Source of the DNA: Ignicoccus pacificus DSM 13166
Lineage (GTDB): Archaea; Thermoproteota; Thermoprotei_A; Sulfolobales; Ignicoccaceae
Direction of reading: 5' to 3'
Length of the DNA: 32,000 bases
NCBI GenBank assembly: GCA_025340205.1
Contig: CP006868.1
Coordinates: 1,020,001 to 1,052,000 of the forward strand
A program made the position numbers and the translations under genes. Below the pieces are notes generated by a model. The model was not told the DNA's origin and did not search any database. It saw only the letters and a program-made list of their open reading frames with translations. Shown piece after piece: positions 24,695 through 32,000 of the stretch (positions are counted from its first letter, which is position 1; each line of letters starts with the position of its first letter).

Positions 24695-24706
24695 TTGACC
24701 GGTCAA
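24695..24706. promoter_or_regulatory. Perfect 12-nt palindrome TTGACCGGTCAA upstream of the TetR gene (candidate operator)
   Basis: Read directly. It sits 35-46 nt upstream of the TTG start at 24741, just upstream of A/T-rich TATA-like sequences. Confidence 0.4.
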
Positions 24707-24740
24707 GGGTGCTTTTAACACTAAGTATATACCTACTCCT

Positions 24741-25301
24741 TTGGGTTCAGGCTTGCCAGAGGGGAAGGCCACTAGGGAGAACATCTTGAACGCTGCTAAG
24801 AAGGTCTTCGCAGACATGGGGTTTAGTAAGGCCTCCGTTGAAATAATAGCTAGAGAGGCAAACGTATCCAAGAGCCTAGTCTTCTGGTACTTCAAGAACA
24901 AGAGGGAACTCATCCAAGAGGTGGTTAAGGAGATACTTCCTAAGAGGATAATCATGGAGTGTTTGGATAAGGATCTGAAGGGAGAGGAACTCTTGAGGTG
25001 CGTAATTAGGAACTACATAAACTTGCTCTCCGATGAGGTTAACAAGAAGCTCGCCCTTCATTTAATAGACATGTCCATCACTGATGAAGAATACAAGAAG
25101 CTCTACGACGAGTTCTGTGAGGAGGGTCTAGCCAAGCTCGCGGAGAAGCTCTTCTGTAAAGAGCCCGGAGAGTTGGAGATGGCAGCTATGAGAGGTCTCC
25201 ACGGTATGCTCATATGCAACATAATTAGAGGTCAGACCTCTGAGGACATATTGACGACCTTGGCCCTGAACTTACTCAAGCCACTAGGTCTCTGTTCTTG
25301 A
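24741..25301 (+). CDS. TetR/AcrR-family transcriptional regulator
   Basis: TRENILNAAKKVFADMGFSKASVEIIAREANVSKSLVFWYFKNKRELI is a canonical TetR HTH. TTG start. Confidence 0.85.
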   Translation: MGSGLPEGKATRENILNAAKKVFADMGFSKASVEIIAREANVSKSLVFWYFKNKRELIQEVVKEILPKRIIMECLDKDLKGEELLRCVIRNYINLLSDEVNKKLALHLIDMSITDEEYKKLYDEFCEEGLAKLAEKLFCKEPGELEMAAMRGLHGMLICNIIRGQTSEDILTTLALNLLKPLGLCS

Positions 25302-25360
25302 AATGACCATCCTCACTAACTTATAAATCTTTTCATTGTGCTTGAACCCGGTAGAGTGCT

Positions 25361-25894
25361 ATGTTCTGGAGAAGGAGATCCCCCTTCGACTTGTTCGATT
25401 ATTTGCTCAGAGACATAGAGAGGGAGCTACAGCTCTTCGAGGAGGAGTTCGAGAGGATAATGGAGGAAGCTGCCAAGAGCGGAGAGGTGAGGGTCGAGCG
25501 CTATGGTCCTTACGTTTACGGCTTCTCCATAACCATAGGTCCCGACGGAAGACCCGTAATCAGGGAGTTCGGTAATATAAAGAGGGGACTAACCGGGACC
25601 AAGGTTGAGGAAGAGTTCGAGCCGTTGGTCGACGTCATGGAGGATGACGACACCGTAACCGTGGTAGCAGAACTACCCGGCGTCAAGAAGGAAAAGGTCA
25701 AGGTTAAGGTGGGAGAAGACTACGTCGAGATAAGGGCCAGCAACGGAAAGAAGTACTACAAGAGGGTCAAGCTGCCAGCTAAGGTGAAGCCGGAGACCGC
25801 TAAGGCCAACTTCAACAACGGCGTGCTCGAGGTTGTTGTTGAGAAGAAGGAGAAAAAGAAAAAGGAAGGAGAAGTAGAGATAACCCCCGAGTAA
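25361..25894 (+). CDS. hsp20: Small heat-shock protein, Hsp20/alpha-crystallin family
   Basis: The alpha-crystallin domain runs VDVMEDDDTVTVVAELPGVKKEKVKVKV....VEIRA....Y.R.V.LPAKV....AKANFNNGVLEV. The TATA-like TTATAAAT lies ~35 nt upstream. Confidence 0.9.
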   Translation: MFWRRRSPFDLFDYLLRDIERELQLFEEEFERIMEEAAKSGEVRVERYGPYVYGFSITIGPDGRPVIREFGNIKRGLTGTKVEEEFEPLVDVMEDDDTVTVVAELPGVKKEKVKVKVGEDYVEIRASNGKKYYKRVKLPAKVKPETAKANFNNGVLEVVVEKKEKKKKEGEVEITPE

Positions 25895-25896
25895 CC

Positions 25897-26217
25897 TCAT
25901 TTCTTTATCTTTCTCCTTATTCTCTTACTCTGTATATACCTATCCAGCTCGGCCAAAGCTTCCTTGAGCACCGCTTCCAACCTTTTGTCATACCTTCCGG
26001 TGCCTATCTTCTTTCTCACGTCCTTTACCGGGGCTATCCTTATCTTGGTCTTCATAGGATCCAACACGAGCTCAGCTCCACAGTAAGGACATCTGTAGCC
26101 GTGCTTGCTGACTACCTCTTGAAAGGAGGGTGGACCTCTAGATCCGTTTCCTACGAATATTTCCAAAGGTCTTCCGCATGATGAGCATACGTAGACCAAG
26201 GGCACTATTAATCCCAT
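25897..26217 (-). CDS. Zinc-ribbon protein with basic C-terminal tail, hypothetical
   Basis: CSSCG...(31 aa)...CPYCG forms a 4-Cys ribbon. The C-terminus is K/R-rich. Confidence 0.5.
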   Translation of the reverse strand: MGLIVPLVYVCSSCGRPLEIFVGNGSRGPPSFQEVVSKHGYRCPYCGAELVLDPMKTKIRIAPVKDVRKKIGTGRYDKRLEAVLKEALAELDRYIQSKRIRRKIKK

Positions 26218-26253
26218 AGCTTAGTAATACCGAGAAAGGTAATGAAGGAGGAA

Positions 26254-27141
26254 TCACTTCCAGTCAACTAGGTACTTGAGCTTCCTGAACCAGTTGGGGG
26301 GCTTATCTTCAGCCAGGAAGGCAGCCCCATAAAGGGGAGCCAAGTCGTTGTACTTGGCCTCCTCTACCCTAGGGGCCTCCACCACGAGGCCTTTCCACTC
26401 TGGGAGCTTCTCGAGTATTTCATCGAACAATTCCTTGTTCTTGTAGTAAACTCCTCCACTCAGCGCTATTACCTCGGGATCGTAGGCGTTAGAAACAGAG
26501 GAGATGAAGGAGAGTAATGCTCTTTCGAAGGCATCTCTCAAAGCTTTCTCTTTCTTCATGAGCTCGAAGAACTCCTTGGCAGAAGAGACCTCATACCCTA
26601 ACGCCTTGGCGAACTTAGGTAAATTGCTCCCTCCCAAGAAGCTTTCTACGTGGCCCCCTCCTCCGCATCCGCAAGGGATTTCCATGTTCCAAGATAAGGT
26701 TACGTGGCCGAACTCATGGGCGTTTCCTTCCTTACCCATTAAGAGTACCCCATCCACCACGGCGCCTATTCCTATCCCCGTCCCAAAGCCTATGTAGACT
26801 AAGTTCTCGCTCTTCCTAGCTTTCGCCTCGGCCCAAGCTCCGGCCACACAGTCGTTGACCATGTAAACGGGAACTCCTAGCTCCATCATCAAGGGCCTAG
26901 CTAGCTCGAAGTTCTTCTCATTCAAGTGAGGATTGTTAACTATCATGCCTTCAGAGATCTTGAGAGGACCCATGGTAGCTATGGAGATCTCATTCGCGTT
27001 CATCTTTTTCAGTTCTTTTATTAACACGGAAATTAGATCCTTCGGATCCTTAGGCGTTGGAATTACTTTCAAGAGCTCGAGCTCTCCATGATAGATCCCT
27101 ATAGCGGTCTTGGTACCTCCGATGTCTAGCACAGCCCTCAA
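26254..27141 (-). CDS. ROK-family sugar kinase (glucokinase/hexokinase-like)
   Basis: The N-terminus LDIGGTKTAIG, VNDCVAGAWAE, GTGIGIG and the ROK zinc motif region HVTLSWNMEIPCGCGGGGHVE. TTG start. Confidence 0.83.
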   Translation of the reverse strand: MRAVLDIGGTKTAIGIYHGELELLKVIPTPKDPKDLISVLIKELKKMNANEISIATMGPLKISEGMIVNNPHLNEKNFELARPLMMELGVPVYMVNDCVAGAWAEAKARKSENLVYIGFGTGIGIGAVVDGVLLMGKEGNAHEFGHVTLSWNMEIPCGCGGGGHVESFLGGSNLPKFAKALGYEVSSAKEFFELMKKEKALRDAFERALLSFISSVSNAYDPEVIALSGGVYYKNKELFDEILEKLPEWKGLVVEAPRVEEAKYNDLAPLYGAAFLAEDKPPNWFRKLKYLVDWK

Positions 27142-27222
27142 GCATCAGAGCCCGAGGAGGCTGAGCGGGACGGAGTATAACCTCTAACACTCATAGGGGA
27201 CGGACGCGCTTGTCTACGCGCT

Positions 27223-27372
27223 GTGAGACCCTTGAAGAAGGGCCAGTTAGAGATAATTGGTATAGTTATAGCCCTCATCATTTTAGGCTTCATCCTAGAG
27301 GCCATTTACCTCTACTTATTCGAACCCAAGGCGTTCGAGCAGATATTCGGAGGGATACTCTCGAAGATTTGA
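27223..27372 (+). CDS. Possible small membrane protein (49 aa), not in ORF track
   Basis: A GTG-start ORF reading VRPLKKGQLEIIGIVIALIILGFILEAIYLYLFEPKAFEQIFGGILSKI, with one TM. No other support. Confidence 0.2.
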   Translation: MRPLKKGQLEIIGIVIALIILGFILEAIYLYLFEPKAFEQIFGGILSKI

Positions 27373-27383
27373 TTTTTGAAAAA
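27373..27383. terminator. T5-G-A5 element giving an oligo-T tract on both strands (bidirectional terminator candidate) just after the EF-2 stop
   Basis: TTTTTGAAAAA read directly. On the minus strand T5 begins 2 nt after the EF-2 TAA at 27386-27388. Confidence 0.4.
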
Positions 27384-27385
27384 CG

Positions 27386-29605
27386 TTAGAGGCTGAGGAA
27401 GTCCTCAGCCTTAGGCGGGTTCGGAGGTAGACCCTTCCTCTGCCTTATCTTGGCTATCAACTCTGGTAGTAGCTGGTCCGGAACCGGAGCCCATCCGTAG
27501 AACTCAGTACCCCAGAAGGCCCTTCCAGCGGTGACGCTCCTCAGCTCCATTGGTAGGTCGAAGCTCTCCGCTACCGGGATGACGGCTATGATTCTGGCTT
27601 GTCCTCCCATGTCGTTGACCTCCAGGATCTTTCCTCTGTGCTTATTGATCACACCCATTACTGCTCCGATGTACTCGCTGGGCACCCTAATGTCGAGCTT
27701 CTGCAGAGGCTCTAGCAAGGTGGGTCTGTCGGTGAGCATGCTGGCGTAGACGGCGTTCCTCACCGCAGGATAGATCTGAGCGGGTCCTCTGTGGGCGGGG
27801 TCCTCGTGTATCACCGCATCCCACAGGATGACCTTTACGCCCCTTACCGGCTCCTTTGCCAACGGTCCCTCCTTCATGGCGATTCTCCATCCTCCGAGGA
27901 TGGTGTCCTTGACCTCCCTCAGGTGCTGTACACCCACGGTCTTGTCGATGAATATGTTGTAGTTTTCGTCGATAGCCCATATCCTCCTGGCAGTCTCCGC
28001 GTCCCAGCCGGCCTTCTCTCTGAGTATCTTGGCCCTCTGCTTGGGGTCTTGGTCCTCGCTGATCTCTCCCTTCTGGATGAGCTCTATGACCTCCTTCTCT
28101 AGAGGCTCTACGGTTATGTACAGCTTGTTGTGCTTGTTGGGGCTCTTGCCCTCCACCTTCTCTCCGGGGCTCCTCACGGTCTCTCTGTAGGTGATTACCG
28201 GTGGGCTGACCTTGACCTCTAGGCCGTATACCTCCTTTAGCTGGGTTAGGGCGATCTCGATGTGCAACATTCCCATGCCGCTCAGCAAGTACTCACCGGT
28301 CTCTTGGTTGATGGTCACCTTCAAGTTGGGGTCCTCGATACTCAAGGTCCTTAGGGCCTCAATCAGCTTGGGCAAGTCTCTGGGGTTCTTGGGCTCGATT
28401 GCTACGGTCACTACGGGCTCGCTCACGTAGTGGAGCTGCTCGAAGGGAGCGGCCTGGTCCTTGTACTTTATGTCTACGACGGTCTCTCCGGCTCTGGCGT
28501 CGTCCAGACCTAGCATGGCCACTATGTTACCGGCGGTCACGTAGTCAACTATCTCTCTGTCGGGTCCCATGTAGATGGAGACTTGTAGTATCTTGTTGGG
28601 CTTCTGAGCGTTAACTAGCCATACCTCCTTTCCGGCGGTAGCGGTTCCGGCCCAGACCCTTCCAGTAGCTACCAACCTCTTGGTGTGAGGGTCCAACCTC
28701 ATGTCGTTGATGAAGACCACGAGGGGACCATCTGGATCGGCGTTTACCATAGCCTTACCCAGCTCGCTGTTTATGTCACCCTTCCATAGCCTGGGAACCC
28801 TGTACTTCTGAGCCTCTCTGGGGTTGGGGACCCATCTAACCACCATGTCCAGCAAGGTCTCGTGGAGAGGAGCCTTCTTGAAGAGCTCCTCTATGGCAGC
28901 CTTGTCTCCCTTAGCGTAAGCCTCCACGAAGTAGCTGAACTTTATTCCTTTCTCCTCAGCCATGGGTATGGTTATACCCCACTTGTCCTTGGCGCTTCCT
29001 AGGGCAACGTGACCCTTGGCGGGGTCTAGAAGCCACTTCTTGGCGAACTCCTTGTCAGGGGCAAAGGTCAAGATCCTCTCGTTTACCTCCTTGATTATCT
29101 GGACTATCCTCTGCTGTACCTCTTGAGGGCTGAGCTTCAGCTCCTTAATCAACCTGTCTACCTTGTTTATGAAGAGTAGGGGCCTCACGTACTCCTCTAG
29201 GGCTTGCCTTAGCACCGTCTCGGTCTGGGTCATTACGCCTTCTACTGCGTCTACTACTAGGATTGCTCCATCAAGCACTCTCAGGCTTCTAGTCACCTTA
29301 CCGCTGAAGTCCACGTGACCGGGGGTGTCGATGAGGTTGATCACGTAAGGTTTGCCCTTGTACTCGTGGTACAGGCTTACGTTGGCGGCCTTAACGGTAA
29401 TTCCTCTCTGCTGCTCCACATCCAAGTAGTCCAGAGCCCTGGCCTCACCGGCCAACTTAGGGCTCAATATTCCAGCGTGCGCCAGCAGCGCGTCGCTGGT
29501 GGTGGTCTTACCGTGGTCCACGTGGGCGATGATTCCGATGTTCCTCACTTGCTCTATGTTCCTCATTATTCGTAAGATGTCCTCTACGTGCTTATACTTT
29601 GGCAT
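27386..29605 (-). CDS. fusA: Translation elongation factor 2 (aEF-2)
   Basis: GTPase motifs [14 protein letters not shown] and NKVDR. The diphthamide-loop context is [11 protein letters not shown]. 739 aa. Confidence 0.97.
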   Translation of the reverse strand: MPKYKHVEDILRIMRNIEQVRNIGIIAHVDHGKTTTSDALLAHAGILSPKLAGEARALDYLDVEQQRGITVKAANVSLYHEYKGKPYVINLIDTPGHVDFSGKVTRSLRVLDGAILVVDAVEGVMTQTETVLRQALEEYVRPLLFINKVDRLIKELKLSPQEVQQRIVQIIKEVNERILTFAPDKEFAKKWLLDPAKGHVALGSAKDKWGITIPMAEEKGIKFSYFVEAYAKGDKAAIEELFKKAPLHETLLDMVVRWVPNPREAQKYRVPRLWKGDINSELGKAMVNADPDGPLVVFINDMRLDPHTKRLVATGRVWAGTATAGKEVWLVNAQKPNKILQVSIYMGPDREIVDYVTAGNIVAMLGLDDARAGETVVDIKYKDQAAPFEQLHYVSEPVVTVAIEPKNPRDLPKLIEALRTLSIEDPNLKVTINQETGEYLLSGMGMLHIEIALTQLKEVYGLEVKVSPPVITYRETVRSPGEKVEGKSPNKHNKLYITVEPLEKEVIELIQKGEISEDQDPKQRAKILREKAGWDAETARRIWAIDENYNIFIDKTVGVQHLREVKDTILGGWRIAMKEGPLAKEPVRGVKVILWDAVIHEDPAHRGPAQIYPAVRNAVYASMLTDRPTLLEPLQKLDIRVPSEYIGAVMGVINKHRGKILEVNDMGGQARIIAVIPVAESFDLPMELRSVTAGRAFWGTEFYGWAPVPDQLLPELIAKIRQRKGLPPNPPKAEDFLSL

Positions 29606-29638
29606 ACTGCATCTACCGCAAAGCCATAAGGAAAGGGC

Positions 29639-29663
29639 TTAAAAAACGGAAACCCGCGTTCCG
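29639..29663 (-). promoter_or_regulatory. Hairpin plus T6 (terminator candidate for the coiled-coil gene) whose TTTTTTAA also sits at TATA-box distance from the EF-2 ATG
   Basis: The minus strand reads CGGAAcgcgggtTTCCG followed by TTTTTTAAG. The T-tract at 29639-29646 lies ~35-40 nt upstream of the ATG at 29605. Confidence 0.35.
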
Positions 29664-29746
29664 AAATCTTGCATTTTAAAAGGTATTGTTTTATCAAAAG
29701 GTCCAGATTGCGTTATGATTGCTAAGACAAGAAGTAATGAGGAGAG

Positions 29747-30325
29747 TTACTTCTCCTTCTCCACCTTTATTCCCGCTAAATGCATTAACAATAAGTTCAT
29801 CATGCTCTTTATCTCCTTTACGTCCTCCTTTACCTCTTGCACGTCTCTATCCAATCTGGCAACCGCTACCTTAAGCTCTTCAACATCTTTTTCGAGCTCA
29901 TATACCCTGTGCTCCAAGCTCTCGAACCTCTTATTGAAGTCCTCTCTTAGATCGTCTATCCTTTTATTCAGCTCGTCCCTAACTAGCTCTATCTTCTTGT
30001 CCAGCCTTTCCTCAGTTGCTTTGATATCATCCCTAAGCCTCTTCTCACAATTATCTATCTTCTTGTCGAGTCTTTCCTCTGTTGCCTTGATTTCAATTCT
30101 AAGCTTCTGTTCAGTCTCCTTTATCATTTCTCTGTTCAATTGAATCTGCCTTGAAAGCTCATCGTACCTAAGCCTCACTTCATTTAGAACCATGAAGAGC
30201 AATAGGAAGTTCGCTTCTTCGCTAGTCAAAGGCTTTCCGCTTTGGATCTTGTTTATCAACTCTCCGAACTTCTCTCTTGCAAAATCATAGGCAATCTCTA
30301 AAGTCTTATCGACCAGGAAGGCCAA
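29747..30325 (-). CDS. Coiled-coil protein with 11-residue (hendecad) repeats
   Basis: A 192-aa E/K/R/L/D-rich ORF with six consecutive 11-aa units carrying hydrophobic residues at positions 7 and 11 (for example KATEERLDKKI, twice). TTG start. Confidence 0.62.
   Translation of the reverse strand: MAFLVDKTLEIAYDFAREKFGELINKIQSGKPLTSEEANFLLLFMVLNEVRLRYDELSRQIQLNREMIKETEQKLRIEIKATEERLDKKIDNCEKRLRDDIKATEERLDKKIELVRDELNKRIDDLREDFNKRFESLEHRVYELEKDVEELKVAVARLDRDVQEVKEDVKEIKSMMNLLLMHLAGIKVEKEK
29989..30091. repeat. Direct repeat of 37 nt (33/37 identical) with 66-nt period inside the coiled-coil gene
   Basis: 29989-30025 versus 30055-30091, aligned by hand with 4 mismatches. It encodes the duplicated IKATEERLDKKI segment, 22 aa apart. 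Confidence 0.85.
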
Positions 30326-30514
30326 AGTTGAGCCCCGTCCTTAATGCTTTGAGGTAGTATTTGTGTGAAGAGAGTTAGGTGAAAGTACTGTGCTTCGAAT
30401 ATCAATACTCAAGAGCAGTACTTAAACGAAGAACTAATCGAAAAGGAGGAAAGGCCATCTCTTTAGAGCTAGCGAACTCAAACACCTCTTGTTGCTTAGT
30501 ACAGCGGTAAGACG

Positions 30515-31348
30515 TTGCTGCTCGTGTTAACTCCTTGTAGAGGAATGGGGGCTCGATTCCTCTCGTTCGAATTCGCTTCGATGTTAAAGACCTCCTCCTT
30601 GCTTCGCAAGGTTTACTTACTTGATCTCAGCTCCGAACAGCTCTCTTCCTTCAATATATCGAGGAACTGCTTCTACGACTACTTGGTAGGGGACAGAGGA
30701 ATCTCAAACGTCTTCGCCAGAATGCCCCATCCAGATCTCGACGGAGTTCTGGTATCTCGCTTGCTGGGAACTTGCTACGTCGAACCGGAGGAACTCTTTA
30801 AGACCTTGAACGATGCGGAGGTGGTTCAGAACTTCATCAACTTCGTTAGAGTTGCCGAAGGTGAAGAAGGGGTAGGCTTGGTAATCTTCATGCCACTGGA
30901 TCCAATAGGGATTCATTTTCTAAGGATTCTCGATTCGACTGACGTGAACTACACTTCAATATACGTCATAGGTGAGATGAACTACTGTACCTCAACTCCA
31001 ATACCGAAATTTATAAGAAACATCCACGGCATTGTAGTTAACAAAGTACCGAAGGCTATGTTCTTGAGGTTATTCGACGAAATAGATGAAACGGAAGCGG
31101 TTAGGAGCTCTCTCCCGCTAGGCTTAGTCTCAGCGCTGATTCTCGGCCTTACAAGGCATCTCTACGCACATTCGATAAGGGATTACCTTCCAGTGGCCTT
31201 GCGCATGGTACCAGACCAGTCACTGATATCGCTGAGGAACGTGCTGGACTACTTCTTGTTTACGCTGTTTAATAAGGGTGAGAGGAAGGTTTACGGTTAC
31301 ATGGGAGGCGCAGCTTATGAGCGCCCTTTAAGGGCTACTAGCAAGTGA
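30515..31348 (+). CDS. Hypothetical protein; motif order resembles a MinD/ParA/Mrp (SIMIBI) NTPase with a degenerate Walker A
   Basis: VLTPCRGMGARF sits where xSGKGGVGKTT is expected. It is followed by KVYLLDLS, VIFMPLDPIG, IYVIGEMNY and IHGIVVNKV, in the order seen in MinD-like proteins. TTG start. No search was done. Confidence 0.4.
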   Translation: MLLVLTPCRGMGARFLSFEFASMLKTSSLLRKVYLLDLSSEQLSSFNISRNCFYDYLVGDRGISNVFARMPHPDLDGVLVSRLLGTCYVEPEELFKTLNDAEVVQNFINFVRVAEGEEGVGLVIFMPLDPIGIHFLRILDSTDVNYTSIYVIGEMNYCTSTPIPKFIRNIHGIVVNKVPKAMFLRLFDEIDETEAVRSSLPLGLVSALILGLTRHLYAHSIRDYLPVALRMVPDQSLISLRNVLDYFLFTLFNKGERKVYGYMGGAAYERPLRATSK

Positions 31349-31712
31349 TGTGGATTATTCCCAAGACCTTCTTACCCTCCTCTACCAACTCGTTGAACCT
31401 CTCTATCGCTTTGGGTGAAGGTAGGGTGACGTAGCTTATTCCCTTCTCTTCTAGAAGCTTTTTAGCACCTTCCATTATCGGAAGGGCGCCGTAAATTCCG
31501 GTCCCTATTACTACCACTTCGACTCCCTCCTTCAAGTACTTCTCAATCTCTTCCCTTGATAGAGGAGTGTGGCCGTAAAGGCTCTTGTACTTCTTCGAGG
31601 GTTCCTTATCCCTCTTTCTCGTCGTTCCATCCCAGTAGATCACAACGTCATGATGATAAGACTTACCCTTAACTATCACTTCTCCAAAAGAAACTGAGTC
31701 GATGATTCTCAA
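31338..31712 (-). CDS. Mth938-domain (DUF498-like) protein
   Basis: FGEVIVKGKSYHHDVVIY....H.L..EEI........VVVIGTGIYGALP........GI.YVTLPSPKAIERFN......KVLGIIHITC matches the Mth938 family. TTG 31712 with GGAG upstream is preferred. The track ORF to 31967 overlaps the next gene in another frame. Confidence 0.68.
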   Translation of the reverse strand: MRIIDSVSFGEVIVKGKSYHHDVVIYWDGTTRKRDKEPSKKYKSLYGHTPLSREEIEKYLKEGVEVVVIGTGIYGALPIMEGAKKLLEEKGISYVTLPSPKAIERFNELVEEGKKVLGIIHITC

Positions 31713-31729
31713 TTTCTCTCCTAATAGGA

Positions 31730-32000
31730 CTAAGAAAACAGCTCCTTTAAAACTTCCTCGACAGGAGTTCCCGGTTCCTTCTCTATATACCTCATCCCTA
31801 GCTCGGTGACCCAGTCCCTTCCCCCGTGTCCTTGCAGGGGAGGTCCGACTACCACTTCCACCCCCTTGCTCGCCAAGAACTCGGCTAAGGTTCTGCCTCT
31901 CCTTCTCTCCATCTTTATCGCCGGATTCAACGTCCTCTCCGCTTCCTTCCCGTCCTCGAATATGCACACTAAGGGAGCTAGGCCGAAGTGATGGGCCACC
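31730..32000 (-). CDS. Dinitrogenase Fe-Mo cofactor biosynthesis-like (NifB/NifX/NifY-domain) protein, N-terminus probably outside the window
   Basis: HFGLAP, TLAEFLASKGVEVVVGPPLQGHGG and the GMRYIE pattern fit the NifX/NifB-C domain. The ORF is open to the window edge. Confidence 0.6.
   Translation of the reverse strand, partial: VAHHFGLAPLVCIFEDGKEAERTLNPAIKMERRRGRTLAEFLASKGVEVVVGPPLQGHGGRDWVTELGMRYIEKEPGTPVEEVLKELFS

Noticed and set aside
25296-25320. A minus-strand GTGAGGA box (complement of 25310-25316) between TetR and hsp20, matching the variant C box found elsewhere.
   Set aside because: No CUGA- or CCGA-type box lies 12-13 nt downstream, there is no second box pair and no terminal stem.
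25342-25355. TTGAACCCGGTAGA upstream of hsp20 as a second copy of the TTGACCGGTCAA operator.
   Set aside because: Only the left half-site and the central CCGG match, the spacing differs by 2 nt and the right half-site is poor. It is kept only as a weak remark within the TetR finding, not as a feature.
29715-30143. A 142-aa plus-strand ORF rich in Ser/Leu/Phe.
   Set aside because: It is the antisense reading of the E/K/R-rich coiled-coil gene. The minus-strand ORF is longer and has a coherent repeat structure.
30540-30580. A tRNA-like T-arm (GGGGG-CTCGATT-CCTCT) and a D-loop-like AGCGGTAAG nearby.
   Set aside because: No acceptor stem or anticodon stem-loop can be built. The T-loop deviates from TTCRANY and the stem needs two G-U pairs. 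The region lies inside the 5' end of ORF 30515-31348.
31713-31967. The N-terminal 85 aa of track ORF 31338-31967 (Gly/Arg/Glu-rich).
   Set aside because: It overlaps the NifX-like ORF in another frame and has no Mth938 similarity. An internal TTG at 31712 with an upstream GGAG gives a protein of the normal family length.
1-32000. A search for CRISPR arrays, rRNA or tRNA genes, transposases or integrases, and terminal inverted repeats of mobile elements.
   Set aside because: No regularly spaced 24-40 nt repeats were found, and no rRNA- or tRNA-like sequence. No ORF carries DDE, tyrosine or serine recombinase motifs. The only tandem DNA repeat is the intragenic 66-nt duplication at 29989-30091.

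Overview
Gene-dense chromosomal segment of a thermophile-like archaeon, probably Thermoproteota/Crenarchaeota. Supporting signs are the archaea-specific genes Kae1, eS4, aEF-2, CarS, FAU-1, archease and Tfx, frequent GTG/TTG starts, GGAGGTG-type SD sequences inside operons, 1-4 nt stop/start overlaps, and T5 tracts just after stop codons. All calls rest on motif recognition in the supplied translations and on reading the DNA; no database search was run. Core content: partial kae1; a tfx-like regulator followed by a molybdate/tungstate-type ABC transporter; an orphan Mre11-like nuclease; a GT4 glycosyltransferase; and inorganic pyrophosphatase. There is also a truncated ribosomal-protein block, uS17-uL14-uL24-eS4-uL5-uS14-uS8, in which the 54-aa uS14 is missing from the ORF track. 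Further genes are CBS and PHP proteins, superoxide reductase, a tightly overlapped UPF0147/FAU-1/RecA-like ATPase/CarS operon, PadR, a C-N hydrolase, two V4R-like proteins, archease, PdxS, TetR plus Hsp20, a ROK kinase, aEF-2, and an Mth938/NifX-like pair at the right edge. I found no rRNA, tRNA, CRISPR array, transposase or integrase. The most interesting items are these. (1) A C/D-box sRNA candidate sits in the convergent overlap of two gene 3' ends (3292-3349); its D guide is complementary to the universally conserved 5' end of archaeal 16S rRNA, and its C and D boxes carry a compensatory variant. (2) A weaker second C/D-like candidate at 21244-21300 has the same box variant. (3) A divergent pair encodes an 11-residue-repeat coiled-coil protein and a MinD/ParA-like protein that lacks the P-loop lysine. 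(4) A TetR-Hsp20 module is flanked by perfect palindromes. (5) A surface protein carries 15 N-glycosylation sequons and a sorting-signal-like C-terminus. (6) An AT-rich membrane-protein gene lies exactly at the upstream break of the ribosomal-protein cluster. I cannot show that any of these is a complete new system; each is a lead to test.
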